From the human T2T-CHM13v2.0 reference genome, Homo sapiens: DNA of 64,000 nucleotides. The translations under genes and the position numbers were made by a program. Below are positions 42,240-59,677 of the stretch, one piece after another. The stretch is taken from the NCBI RefSeq assembly GCF_009914755.1, contig NC_060927.1; one strand, given 5' to 3'. Numbering within the stretch: the first letter of the stretch is position 1; each line of letters opens with the position of its first letter. The notes beneath the pieces are model-generated. The model ran no database searches and was not told the origin of the DNA. It was given only the letters and a program-made list of their open reading frames with translations.

Positions 42240-42850
42240 GCACTGGGAACGGCGGTTCGTCCAAGCCGGACGCCTGCAGCAGCCACCTCCTGGGCCTCAC
42301 GGCGGGGCCGGAGAAGGCCAGGGCTGGGGCGGGGCAGCCGTGCTCGGCCCCGGGCCAGGGTCCCCCGGTACCCGACCAGGCCCCGCCCTAGAGGGCTCGG
42401 CCCTGGGACAAATCCGCCGCTCGGAACCCGCCCAGCCCGACCACGCCCGGGAAGGGGGCCCCTCTTCAAACCGCCGGGAACATGGAACCGCGACGCGACC
42501 CCTGCCCGGCGACGCAGGTCCCGCTCACTCACCGCCCATCCTCCTGCTCCGCCAGCTTCACCCTCTAGCTCAGACCACAGCACCCTACTCTCCCCGCGCC
42601 TCCTCTGACGCACTTCCCTGCAGAGCCCGCCCCCTCCATAACTCCCGCGCCTCCGCCCGCCCCCACTCCGGGCCGGGCCGCGGCCCGGGGCCGAGGGGCC
42701 TTGTGGGAGTTGTAGGAGGGACAGACTGAAAGCTGTCTGAGGCGGCGATAGGCATTCCTGGCGCCGCGCGCGGCGCATTGTGGGAGATGTAGTTCAGCTC
42801 CTCAGGGCAAGCCGGTACGCAGAAGGGAAGTCTAGGCTGTTGGATTCTTG
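42240..42850 (-). promoter_or_regulatory. CLDND1: CLDND1 CpG-island promoter with two ZNF143-type (ACTACA-nn-TCCCA) motifs and GC boxes
   Basis: High GC and CpG density; minus-strand ACTACATCTCCCACAATGC (42793-42775) and CCTACAACTCCCACAAGGCC (42716-42697); CCCGCCC boxes; no TATA box. Confidence 0.88.
42533..42590 (-). other. CLDND1: CLDND1 exon 1 (5' boundary approximate) containing the upstream ATG at 42539-42537
   Basis: ggaggATGGGCG|GTGAGT consensus donor inside the CpG island. Confidence 0.8.
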
Positions 42851-43986
42851 CATTTTAGGGAGGAAGGGAGAATGGTCCAGAAAGTAAAGCGGGCCTGTTT
42901 CCGGTCATCTCGAGTCAATGACCGTGACTTGTATAACTTAGATCTGACTTTTAGGCCTGTGCTTTCCCTATCACACCACCCTGCCTCTAGATCTAAGTAT
43001 AAATGAACAAAAATGGGATTCTACTTGTGAAACGTTGACCCATTTTATTTCCCTCTCCCAGAATCCCTCCCATTGGAGCAGAGCATCCTTCTGGTTTTAT
43101 TGCATAAGTTTAGGCTAAGAAGTATGTGACCTGGCAGACAGTATCCATCAAGAATGTAATGATATTATTTGGGTTTCATAAAATGTGTTTGTAGCTGCCT
43201 TCTTTTTATGACAAGTGATACTAGTTTTCTATTGCAGCAATGTTGTTCCTTTTAAATTCTTTTCACTTATTTTAAAAACTATTAAGTTAATAATACTGAG
43301 GATACCAGATATGTCAAAAAATGAATAAAAAATTGTGGGTATAGTAGGAAAAAGACTGAAATTTGGGGAACATCACTCAAGCAGATAAGGTCATGGACAG
43401 CATTGGAGATTGCAGATGATGTGTGGCACAGGGGCAACAATGATTCTGAACCCTCAGGTTTAACACAGAAATTCATGGACAGGAAGCAGGGACATCTTAA
43501 CAATAACATGAGTGGAACTATTAACGTGGCCTGGGACCAGCAAATGGTGGATTTCTCAACAGTAACCGACAGAGAAAGCTGACTCAAGGACCAGAGGGGC
43601 TCTCAAACCCCCACTCTGTCCCCTAATGCCTTGTAATTTAGCATAGGAGAAAGATGGGAGCTGCAAGTTGATATTAAATTTCTACCACTTTGACAGATTA
43701 AAGGCATGATATGTTTCTCTATCTGTACTTACATTTCTTTGACCTGAGTGGGTGAAACTGATATTCATATGCAGCACATAATAAGGTAGTAGCCAAATAT
43801 ATTCAAACATGACTCTGGATTTTCATATACAGCATATAATCAAAAAAAAATTTGTCAGAGGCACCAACTACAGAAAGTGACGGAGAGGCACAGGCAAACT
43901 GTCAATGTGTAGTAAGACACATAAATGCCCTTATACTCCAGGAAATGTCTTCATCCATTGGCCTTCATTAGAAATCCCCTATTTTC

Positions 43987-44311
<325 letters not shown>

Positions 44312-44444
44312 TCATGTGGTCAGTAAACCAGGCAAAAGAGAAGTTTAAAGGAGAGAGAAGAAACAACTTCAGTCTACAGATAAAGGAACTAGAGAGAGTA
44401 ACTGACTTGGTAGCAAACTTGGATATTAGAGTAACTGACTACCA

Positions 44445-44640
44445 TGGTAACACACTTGAATATACTCATTTTGTGACTTTGGAGAATTAACCTTCTTTAA
44501 GTCTCGGTTGTCTTTTCTCCAAAATATGGATGTTGACAGTAGCATCTATCCCACATGATCATTGTGAAGATTGAGAAAAACATATAAAACGCCCAGCACA
44601 GGACCTGAGGTTTAGGAAAGAATCATTAAGTTATTAGTAT
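44445..44640 (+). mobile_element. MIR SINE
   Basis: tgtgactttggagaattaacc..aaaatatggatgttgacagtagcatctatc..gtgaagattgag. Confidence 0.65.
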
Positions 44641-44691
44641 TTGCAAATATTTGTTGAATATAATATTTGAGTAAGCTTAGTGAGAACAGTC

Positions 44692-45032
<341 letters not shown>

Positions 45033-48000
45033 ACAGACAGCTTTTAAAGCTCCTGGATTAACCCTAGAGGCTACCCCTAAATGGAGATAAGCCATTTATA
45101 CAGAGAGGTGTTCCTGCTCGCTTCAGCAGGTTTGAGAAGCTCTGGACTAACCACCAAATGACTAGGAAAAATTTGCCAGGGCTAGTATTTTGGGCATCCC
45201 TGTTTAACCCTTCTCAGGAGATTCCCAGGCCTGGGATCGTATCATACACAAGTCGCCATGACTCAGGAGGTGGATGTTTCTGGGAAGACCTGCAAAGGAG
45301 GATGACACTTGCACCCTTCAAGTCTTCAGAATGCCTAGAAAACACTCAGGACGCATTTCACTGACCAACCTAGTGTGAACCTGGAGGTGTCTCTACGTGT
45401 TTGTGGTTTTGATCATCCTGAGAGAGGACCTGAACGGCCTCTTCACACCCAGTTTCACCAACCACACAACCGTATTTCTGGTTTATCTCTGCATCTTTGG
45501 TGTTTCCTAATTTCTATTTATGCTTGCTTGTTGTATGAGTAGGTAAAATAAATCCTTAATTAATTAATGGAGCTAAATTTCTACTTCTGCTTCTTACTCT
45601 GCTGTTTGAGAAACGGTAGCTAGCCTTATATTTTCACAAATATGAAAGATGATTTTGTGCAACCATGTAGAGATTATGGAATTTAGGTTTAAAAGCGAAG
45701 TTAAATGAGACATCTAGCTTAACTTGTTAAAGATGGTTCTAGTTTCAACCGGAAGGCATTATAGTTATAGCACATTTAAAATAAAACCGATAACTGAAAA
45801 TCTAGATACTCAGATGTTGTAACTTGTTTTTATTATGTACTTATGAAACAACCCTTCACACTAGAATTTCCATCAATACTAAATTCCCCAATACATTTAA
45901 TATTTTATTTTTAATTGCACATTTTTAGGAACTAAAAGTTATATCTACATTATAAGATATATTTACATTATGTTTCTTCATGTAATTTTTTTTCTGGTTG
46001 TTTCCCTTGTGAACTTTGGAGTTCAGAAAGGAAAAAAATGGGAATATGTACAATTCTGGGTTCCAACCAAAAACCATTTTTAAAAATGTACCTATCTTTG
46101 AATTTCCTTGCACCCATTCACTGTAGAACAATAACAGAATCAAGATCAAGGCAAATAGAAAAGTGCACCTAAAATGTCTCCTTTTTTTTTTTAGTAATTC
46201 CTGTAAAGTGCCACATATAGTAAAAAACTATAATTTTTAGATGCCCATGCTTCTGAAAGACAGTGAATGACCCATATGTAAATGAGAAGTTTAAGTTTAA
46301 ATTATCCTTTATTTAAAAATTATCAATGGATCTTTGGTTAATGACCCCTTTCTGGACCCTAGGGTCCTCTTTAGTAAAACAGTTGTACTAATGATCATTA
46401 ACACCACTTGAAGCTCTAAAATTTTACAGTTTATAATTCTACTGGAAGAAGAATAATGCAACTACAAAATACGGTTTTTCATAGATCCACAGCATTAGAG
46501 TTTCATTGCAGAATTTATATACCCTATACCTCAAGCCTAGGCAATGTACTAGAAGCAGAGATAGTGGCAAATGTAGATTGCAAAGGAAAAGGAGGAAGAC
46601 TATATGCATTCTGATTAGAAAAGGTACCGAAAAACAGCCCTTGCTATTTCAAAGATTAACAGTAATTATGAAGGTAAAATTATGGAAGGAAACTTTTCTG
46701 ATTTCTTCTAATTGACACTTATTAGTATAGAGTTATGAGTATGAATTGTGGGCCTCCCAAAAATAACTTTTCAAAAAAAAATCTTATTGCAGATAAGAAA
46801 CTAATATAATCAATTAATTTAATTATTAATAAACTTAAGAGTCTTCATTGAGAGAGTCCTCTTCTCATCACTATCCGTCATACTTATTATGAGGCCATGA
46901 TAATGATATTTTTCACATTTATTGGTTTGCAAGTTGCTTCTGATTCAACAAGATGTGCCAAGTGAAAACATAAGCATAAGTTGACAAAAAATGTGCTGCA
47001 TTAACTTAGAAACATCTCTTCATATTAGTTTATGATGTGACAAAGATCCCAGGACTGAATAGAAAATGGAAGCTGTCTAAGAAGTTTGTGAAAAGTCCCT
47101 ACTCTGCGGAAATAACTCAAAATTCAAGCATGATTCATCCCAGATCTATAATCATTTATTGACCATCTATTGCTTGCCAGACACTCTGCTGGATGCCAAG
47201 GACACCAACATAAATAAACATAATTTTTGTTATGCACAACCTAAATTCAGATTAAATCTGCTATTTCGAAGAAATCTAAAGTATATATTCCTAGAATAGT
47301 AACATCATTTCTATCTATATATTAGTTACCAATGGAAATAAGCCAGTAAATTAAGTGGGGGGCCCTCATAATAATGAATACGTGCCACTTAGTTTGGCAT
47401 GATGTGATATTACATTATATAGTACTAAATTCTCCAAGTAACTGAGAATTTAAAAATAAAAATAAACTCCTAGAGTATAAACAGTATAATCGTTTTTCTT
47501 AAACTTAACTATTTGACTTTGCACTTTAAGAAATGGACAAGATAATGTATCTAACAAGTGAATATATAATGACACCGTTTGACTGATGAGATTAATGAGA
47601 AATAATTAGTTGCTTCATGCTCTTTGCCATTTATTCTGGGACATATCAGCAGAGCATGTGTGAATCAAAGGCTTCGTATCCAGGGATTTCTTTCTTCTGT
47701 GCTATATGCATGTAATCTGATGAGTCTCCACCTGATATGGTGGTTGACAGGGAAGAGGCCGAAGTAATATAATCATAAGTTCAATAAGCCTAATAGGGGT
47801 GGCTCTATTATTAAATCTTCAGCCTGCTTGTGAAGCAGAGGCTGCAAGCCACAGCAAATAATAATGGATTCACTCAAGCAGATGTTTCAGTAGAGAAAAC
47901 CTTTCTCTGTCTTCATCTTCAACACCTGAACCAGTTCTGAGCATAACTCAGGAATTGGAACATAGAATAAGCAGGGCCTAGAAATCTAAATTAATTCCTC

Positions 48001-48135
48001 AAATTTTGTGATATTCAGACTAAAAGACTTCCACAAATTTCAAATTCTGAGGTAACTTTTAAGCCTTTTTTAAAAATTAGTCAAAATAATAACAAAGCAT
48101 AATATATAATGTTGGTTAACTTATATAAATTAGAA

Positions 48136-48330
48136 CAGTGATTCTAAACTTTAGTGTGTATAAGAATCACCTCGAATGCTTGTTAAATATAAAGTCCTAG
48201 ACTTCTTCCCCAATGATTCTGACTGAGGACATCTAGAATAGGGTCTGGCAATCTACAGCTCAGCAGGTGTCCCTGATGACTCTAATCTGGGTAAAACGAT
48301 CTGGCATCCACAGGTTCAAAACAATGGCTT
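48136..48330. mobile_element. MER5-family DNA transposon remnant
   Basis: cagtgattctaaactttagtgtgtataagaatcacct..cttgttaaa..gattctgact. Confidence 0.7.
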
Positions 48331-49868
48331 TAAGAGTCCTAAAAGAACTTTAGTTGGGTAACTTCTGTATGCTAGAGGCCAGTCCAGAGATAATGAATGG
48401 ACTCTGTCTTCAGGTTGCTCATTATCAGCTCCAGGGGTCAGATACAAAGACAACTAACAGTGTGAAAAGAGACAAGTACTTTGTAACCAGTATTTTTAAA
48501 GTTCTTAGGAAATACAAAGGAAGAAGCAGTTATTTCTGCCAGGAGTCATGGAGGAAAGTTGAGTGTTATTTTCTGAGAAAAAGAATTCCAAAGATGTGGC
48601 ATATATGCTCTAATTCAGTTACTAATACTTATATATTATTCTTTTTTTTTTTGCCATCATTCTGTTTACATTGACTTTTCATATGTTTATGGAACCCAGT
48701 GTTGCTTTTGAGTTTTGATCTATGTGTAGGTTTCTATTTTATTGTTAGTATCTTCATGTTTATTTTAAAGAAAACTCAAAGTCCTAAAATTGACCGTTGC
48801 ACCAGCTTATTTACAACCCCACTTTAGCCAGCTTTATTGTGGATTCTGTCTTGTACTAGCATTGTACTCTGAGGTACTAAAAGACTGGCACTATGCTATG
48901 TGAACGTTTTTGGCTTAAAACATTTAATTTGTTTTCTGATTTGGGTACAAAGATGCTGTTGATCCAAGGTGGGTATTCTCACATTGTAACATTCTACCAT
49001 TAAATATCATACTTCAAGGTGGCCACATAATGATAAAGCAAACTATTTTATCTACAACTGCTTCAATAGTTTGCTGAGGAAATTGGATTTGAGATAGTTT
49101 ACATCAGCGGTCCAGCAACTTTTGAAATTTGAAAAAAAAAATTTAAGGGATACAGAATGAATGTGCAGCCAAATATTTTCCTCTACAGTATGAGCATGAA
49201 CTCTTTTTCCATTTTATAATACCTTTATGTTGAATTCTTGAGACATATCAAAGGATTAAAAAAAAGAAGAAAAACCGTAGACCCAGAATCAACCTTATTT
49301 TCTCAAATGCCAAAAGAACTTATGATTGTAGGGTACAAAATTCTAATATTAAAATTTCAGTACACTTAAAGAATATATATGATTAGTACTTTAACACACA
49401 GGCACACAGATATAGATGATATGTTTAAATATTCTATATTACCCTATTAATCTTTTTTGAGTAAATATTGTCCTACTTCAATTTTTGACAAAATGAATTA
49501 TTCTATTAAATAATTAAAGCTTACCCAGTGGGAAAGATTTCTGTCCCAGAAATGTCAAAGCGGTTAATTAGTTTCTCTGATCTGTAGTCTATATTTAGTA
49601 AAGAATATGCCCTCCATGAAATTAAATGAATTGCGCACAGCAGCCAGGGACACAGGAGAAGGCAGGCTCAGGCCCACAAATCAACTCCAGAGTGACTTCT
49701 GGGACTGTCCCAGGTCAGAGGAGCCTTTATCCTTCCCTGACCTCAGCTTACTTGCCTAAGACTCAGGTGACACTAGACCATATCAGGAGGAAGAGGGAAG
49801 GAGGAAGTACAACCGGCAGGATGATTCTTTTTAATATACTAATTACTGAAGAAATAACAATTCAGTAG

Positions 49869-50180
49869 GGCCAGGCTTGGTGGCCCATGCCTGTAATCCC
49901 AGCATTCTGGGAAGCCAAGGCGGATAGATTGCTCGAGCTCAGGGGTTCCTGACCAGCCTGGGCAACATGGCGAAAACCCGTCTCTACAAAGAATACAAAA
50001 ATTAGTCGGGCATGGTGGTGCATGCCTGTAGTCTTAGCTAGTCAGGAGGCTGGGGTGGGAGGATTGCATGGGCCTGGCAGTGAGCTGTGTTCAAGACACT
50101 GCACTCCAGCCTGGGTGACAAAGTGAGACCCTAGTGAGACCCTGTCTCAAAAATTAAACAAACAAACAAATGAAAAAACA
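49869..50180 (+). mobile_element. Alu (AluJ-type) with (AAAC)n tail
   Basis: attgctcgagctcagg..gggtgggaggattgc..gtgagaccctgtctc. Confidence 0.9.
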
Positions 50181-51349
50181 ACTTAAGAAAGGACTTCAAA
50201 TGTTTAATGACTATATTTTCATCTACAAACATACATTTTTCTATGAATAGCAATATCAACCTGAAACTAGAATTCTGAAGATTAAATCAGATAGGAGAGA
50301 AGAATAGTGCAAGAGAGCCTTGAGTCACTTTGACCAGTAAAGAGCTGAAATAAATGGAGTCCGTTTCAAAATGTGTTATATTTTACTATGGTCATCATAA
50401 TATAAAAGGAAACATATGAGAGAAAAATGTGATAGAATTCTTTCTGTTTTAGCCTGTTCCCCAAGTGTTTTAAATGTACTAAAAAATCTTCCCTTTTATA
50501 GTGTCCATGCTGGCACCTCCATCATGATGTCACTTATAGGTATATCTGTTGCCAGATCAGCAATCAGCAATTCCAAAAGTGATGTTCACCCATGTGTGGA
50601 GGTACCAGAAGGCCATGGCTCAGAAGCTAAAAAAATCAGTGCTACACAGGTGTGGTATAATGAAGAGAAGATCAGAGGGGATCCAGAGTCTGATGAAGCG
50701 TATTTGAGGGTTAATAGGGAGAAAATCTCCTAATCAATGATGTTAACTCTTAACAAAAGAGAACTTCACTGGTTGAATTACAATAGCAGATAGGAGGGTA
50801 AAAATAGCAACTTGAGATTGTTAAACCTGTGTTTGTAAGTTACATAAATAACAACAATACCTGAAGTTAGACCCCAATGAATTCATTTCTACTAGATATG
50901 CTGGATAACAAAAAGAATTTTCTGAATCAAACCTAATAAACTACAATTTCCAAAGCACCAACTATATGCAAGATGCTATGCAAGTTGTAGTGGAAAACTT
51001 AAAATAATAAGAGCAGAAAACGTGGTCCCAGTCTTTGGGGGGGGATTTTTAAAAACTTATGAAACAGGATTGACTACATGTCAAATGAAAGAGCCACATA
51101 GATGGGGAGACTCTCATGCCCTAAATGGAATCATGTTGTTTGACCTAGTTGTATACTGGTATGATTTGGGAAACTTTTCATTCACTCTTTACACAATGAA
51201 AGACTAGTTTTCTTCCTAGTTCGCCAACAAAGTAAATAAAAAGAATACATTATCATTGCCTTACAATTCTAAAAGCAGAACAATATCTTCTATGTGAAAC
51301 AGAAGGCTAGATCAAAATAAATTTCAGTGTCAAAAGCAAAGGAGGTCTT

Positions 51350-52800
<1,451 letters not shown>

Positions 52801-54335
52801 AGGGAACTGTGACATTTCAAGCTCTGTTGGTGGGTTTAGGAGTTAATTTTTGTCAGCAACAAAGAAAGAAGTGTTAATGATAGGATTCACATTGCTTCAT
52901 AGATGCAAGGAAGAGTTCATTTTTAAAGAGAGGACTGAAAAATCCCTGTGTTGTGGATATAATTAGGCCATGTGCTGTTTTCTCAGCTAAGCAGCCTTCT
53001 TCGACCCTTGCCAATCAAGTCCACCAGACAAAATCCAATTCCCATCTGTCCTTGAACTCTTGGATAAAGGCTCCTGCTTGAACCAGTCCCTTTCTTCATG
53101 ATTGTTAATGCACATTTGGGCCTTTCCTCTCTCAAAAACCATGGTACCTTCATCCCCACCACCCTTCATACTGGGCTCTAAATTGGACTACATTTAAATG
53201 ATTCTGCCTACTTTCATCTGATGAGAAATGCAGTAACAATGCAGGTAACAAAAATATAATATACCTGCACTGTGCAATTAATTGTTTCTGAGTTACTAAG
53301 CTAGATTCTGACCTCAATCTTTAAAGCTTTGTATCGTGATTCTTCATCATCTTCCAACATTGTGCTTCATCCTATGCCTATTCACAATGGCTTTGGACTG
53401 GCAAAAAAAAACTCATGGGGATTTTGTATTGTGTTTATGATTTGGGACTTACTTTATCATATGGTCTTCTAGTATTTTAATACATAAGCATATGGCAGGA
53501 TTCAACATCTATTTGCTTTATAAGATATTGATAAAAATGTATCTCATTCATAATGGTGTAGCAACTACTTTTTAATGGGGTTTTACTATGCTCTTTTGTT
53601 TCCATTGGCTTTATAAATTAGGATTTGACTTTGCTTTAATTACATGTTTTTAATTACCCAGTTATCTAGTTATCAAATGAAAATGTTATTACTAATATAA
53701 TTGGAACTCATAAAATGCTTAGCTGTACGCCGATGCAGATTATCATTTTGTATTTTAATTAAAATGTTAGTGCTACACATTCCCTATAGTATCATTTGCT
53801 TGGTGCCTATAATTTCAAGATAAGATCCAGTAATATAGGGAGACAGGCTGCTCTGTATTCAGCCAAAGTAGAAAATCTCTAACAAAGATCTCACTAGTAT
53901 TTTATATATATTTTTTCCATACCCAGAAACCTTCTTGAATTCCTTTACCCAATAAATATTTATTGAGTCAATTTGTACCTATATTCCTTTTGAAGACTTT
54001 GATGTGAAAAACATGTAATTAGTGGCAACCACAAAAGACTCTGCAGCAGCAAGCATGCTATTGTAAACATCTTTTGATTCAAGGGAAAGCGGGTTATGTT
54101 TTTACCTCCACTGTTGACTTGAATGAATTACCATTTTACTTCTAAATATTAGATTTGAAAATCAGAAAAAACTTAGAATCCTTTCAAAGACTAGCCAATT
54201 TAATTTCATCTCATGTATCTTTCACATGAAGAGAAACCTCAAATATCGGACATCTCCTTGTAGCCTAATTAGAAGCTGAAAATACAGTTTTTGGTTTTAT
54301 AAATTGGCTAACTTGTTAATTTTTCTTAAACTGTT

Positions 54336-54345
54336 ATTAAATAAA
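54336..54345 (+). terminator. GPR15: Candidate GPR15 polyadenylation signal (ATTAAA overlapping AATAAA); an alternative AATAAA lies at 53951-53956
   Basis: attaaataaa followed by CA at ~54361 and T/GT-rich sequence. Confidence 0.55.
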
Positions 54346-55324
54346 AATATAATTTCCTTACATAAGTATTCTTCTGGACTGTATTAATTTCTAACAACAT
54401 ATTAATATTAATACTAATTCTAATAAACTTTTAGTAAATTATTATGGTTATAGAAGAAAAGACCATGTAAATAATAACAAATAAATATTCTTGGAAAACT
54501 TCAAAACTAAATTCAATGCAATTGAATAGATCTCCAAAAGTTAAACAAAAACAAAATACAGAAGGTAGAAGACACACATTTCTTTAAAACAAATCGGCAA
54601 AAGCACTGTTACTAATCATGAAACTTACTGCCTTTGAAAAATACTGCCTTTAAAAAATAGCTGAATCAATCAGCTAAGTTATTGGTTGGGAAAGCAGAAA
54701 ACCTGTGCTATTAATTTTAGCTTCACCCTTAATGTTGTGATACTAGTAAGGTCATTTTAACCTTTCATACTTAAATGTAGTTGGTAATATCTATGTCTAT
54801 AGAATTATCAAGGATACTGTAAAAATAATAAATATAAATAAAGTTTTAAATGTGGAGTAAAAAGTTACTTTATAAAGTGATTTGATTTCTATTATTAATT
54901 ATTGACTACTCCTTACAAATTTTCAAACTAACATCAAATAATACTTAATCATTCTCATTTTTAAAATATTGAGATTTTATTTCTACTTCTTCACTTTAAT
55001 TTTGCTGAGAATATTTAAAATAACACCAAATAAAAATATGTATTATTTGTTTTTTAGTACTTTAAATAGATATAATAATTGTAGGCTTTAATAAAATCTT
55101 AGTTTATTTTACATTCATAATGTACCAGTTGTGAAAGAAAAAAATAGATATAATTTTATAGGTAGTATAACTCTAATAGAAAAAAGTTCAAAGCTTGATT
55201 AAGTTCACATGTTATTTTGTCATATATGGATTCTGCTGGTATGAAATGTAATTTACATTATAATAGCATTAAAAAGTTTATTATAAATTAGTTGTCTGAC
55301 ATTTTGCATATTTTTAAAATCATA

Positions 55325-55635
<311 letters not shown>

Positions 55636-55959
55636 TCATTTTTAATTTGAACAATTTCTATTTCTATACTTACGTAGATATTCTACATATACATATACAT
55701 TCAGATATACATAGAATCACAGACTCATATTTATACCTTTTCATTATTTTTATTACCTGAATTAAACTAGCCTAAAGGCTAGTTTGTGATAATTTAATGT
55801 CATTAAAGAACAAATCAATACATTGCCAAGAATTTCCAGAAAATTACTCTTTCATCCTAACACAATCATGCCTTGCCAGTTATATCCAAAGTTAGGAAAA
55901 CAAAATAAAATTTTTACAATTCAGAGTAATACACAAGGAAATCACTACAGATTAACATT

Positions 55960-56780
55960 ATTTGTTGTCATTTGCATAAGTAGTCCAAAGTTACTCGGAG
56001 GATGTAAATGACAAATATAAAAGGATAGTGACCTCTCAAGCATTTCTCAAATAGCTTTTTGAAACTTACCCCAGAAAAGCTCTCCATTAAATCCTAGGTA
56101 ATGTGTTGTCTGATACTTTATAATTAATTTTAAAAGAAATGTAATCAAGACACGCATAGTCGCAAACATAGTCCCAAACACATTTACTCCATTTGGGTTG
56201 TATTGAAAGGTTGAAACTAACCTGATATGCCTGGGAGTCCCTTAACCTGTCCACTCTTAACAAGTCAAAATCACTTCTGTAGTGAAAAGTTTTAACAGCA
56301 GTCTTAAAGGGAAGCTATGTGCGTGACTGAGAACCGACCATTACTAGGGGTCACAAGTTAATTTTTAAATAGATGCATAAATGCACAGTATGGTGGTAAG
56401 GTGAGTGGAAAAAAATCTTCCTCTGTGATTCATCTTGACTCCTCAAATCACTCTCTATTCTACCTAGCGATCTCAGAAGAGAGAAATGACTTGTCATATG
56501 TGCATGCCACAAAGAACCTGTTTTCCTGCAGAGCTCATTCATAAAAGCTGAGCAAAACTAAAAGAATTACAAATTTGCTTCTAAAACCAGACCATTGGTG
56601 TAACCTGCCAGCAAGATAATGGCTCCAGCCCCATTAGAGAAAGAGGTGCCATAGGAGAAAAAGCAAGAGGGTAATTTTAACTACCAAAATATTTGCGAAC
56701 AGTTACTGACTACTGCGAGTTCCTTTTGTCTTTCACGGAGTTTGATGTTGATTGGATTTTCCCCTGCAAATGCCGGTTAT
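55960..56780. promoter_or_regulatory. Candidate GPR15 3' enhancer with AHR response elements
   Basis: CACGCA 56151-56156, TGCGTG 56320-56325, octamer ATTTGCAT 55970-55977, AGATAA 56614-56619, all in apparently unique sequence. Confidence 0.5.
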
Positions 56781-57530
56781 TATTTAAAGCTTTTTTTTTT
56801 TGAGCCAATATTCTTTGTTTTTATCAATTTTAGAAGTAAACGATTATGACTAGACTTTACGTATAAGTGTACAGGGAAAAACAACTGTGCCACTGACTTG
56901 ATTTTATATTGCAAATGTAAAAATCCACCCTAGGGCGAGTTACACTCATTGGTTCTTGCTATCTTTGTCATTTCCTTAATAGAGCTATATTTCCTAAACA
57001 TATATGACAAGTGCAAATTGCATCCTAAGATAAACCTACAGCATTAAAAACAAAATCCAAAACAAAAAAAACCCTACTTTAAATATCCAAAGTATCAAAC
57101 TATTCATAAAGGTTCTTATGACAAGGTAAATGGTAGTGAAATGTAAATTTACATAAAATGTTCATTGTTCATCTAAAAGTAGGGGGAAAGTATTCTGCTA
57201 GTTGAGCAGACATTATTAAACTAAAAAATTTCTGGTTTATATACATAAGCACCAAATTTCTAAGATCCAAAGGTACTTTCAAATCACAATGAAACTTTCT
57301 GAGTTAGCTGCATATGCTTAAGGATCTACGATAAAATATTCACATTATTATTAAAATTATCTGCCAACCTAGTAAAAGATGTTCATCAATTTGATATTAT
57401 TCGGTGATTTTTCTTATTTGCTAATTAAATATATGTAATAATTAACTAGTTTTCTAACACTTCCATGTTAGAGAGAGTTAAACATCATCTATGAGTATCT
57501 CATGTTTGTCAACATTGATAGGAAATTTAA

Positions 57531-57913
<383 letters not shown>

Positions 57914-58577
57914 TCAAAATAAAACAAAAAAGTGCTCCTGCCTAGCATATTTGTGACCTGTATACTATAAATGCACTCTTTTGTTTGCTCTTAATTATAT
58001 ACAAAACAGGAGATATAAACTACTATTGTGATGTTTATTCAGAAATTAAAATTTTATGCATCAAAAATTACATATGACTGGAGACTTTATTTTTAATTTA
58101 AAAAAATCTGTGGCAAAGTCTTCAGCAAGCAATACTGCTCTTTTCCTTACAGAGTATATATAGACCCTTTGTATTTCATAACCATCCATTGTAAAACCTT
58201 CACAAATCCCTAAATTTGCCAACTCCAATATAGCATATAATCTACTTCATACAAATTGAATAAAATGTAATGTTTTCAGAGCTATTGCAAAATGTATAAA
58301 AAGAAAAGTTGAAAGGAGATATCTATCCTAAGTGTTTGGCCTGACTCACTAGTTAAGTGACTCATTCCGCATCACCTCATAGGTCAGTGGTTTAAATGTC
58401 TGCTTTTTATGTCATACAACTGTGGAGTTTCAGTGAAAATCTCAAACATCAAACTGTGAATGCAAAATGTCTATCGTACACAATACACTATGACAACCAT
58501 AAAAATTGTTAAATCTTTTTATTGTAACTGGTGGATTCTAAAACAGGCATATTGCAGTTACACATTCACAAAATATC

Positions 58578-58967
<390 letters not shown>

Positions 58968-59199
58968 TGAAAAGCATCTGTTGAATGTTGCTGTTAATAT
59001 TCAGACTGAAGTACTTGAGATGAATTTAACTATTTTATCCACTAACAAAATACAGAATACAAGAAAGGAGAAAATAAAGCAAAGAAAAAGCATAGTAAAT
59101 AAAGAACACAAAATAAAATGGCATATGTATGCATAAATATATCAGCAATTACAAAAAGCATATAAATGGATTGAAATTTCTACTAAAGAGTTGAACATG

Positions 59200-59677
<478 letters not shown>

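Noticed and set aside
42211-42778. 172-aa and 183-aa ORFs on both strands
   Set aside because: Low-complexity GC-rich frames typical of CpG islands, spanning the promoter and intron 1.
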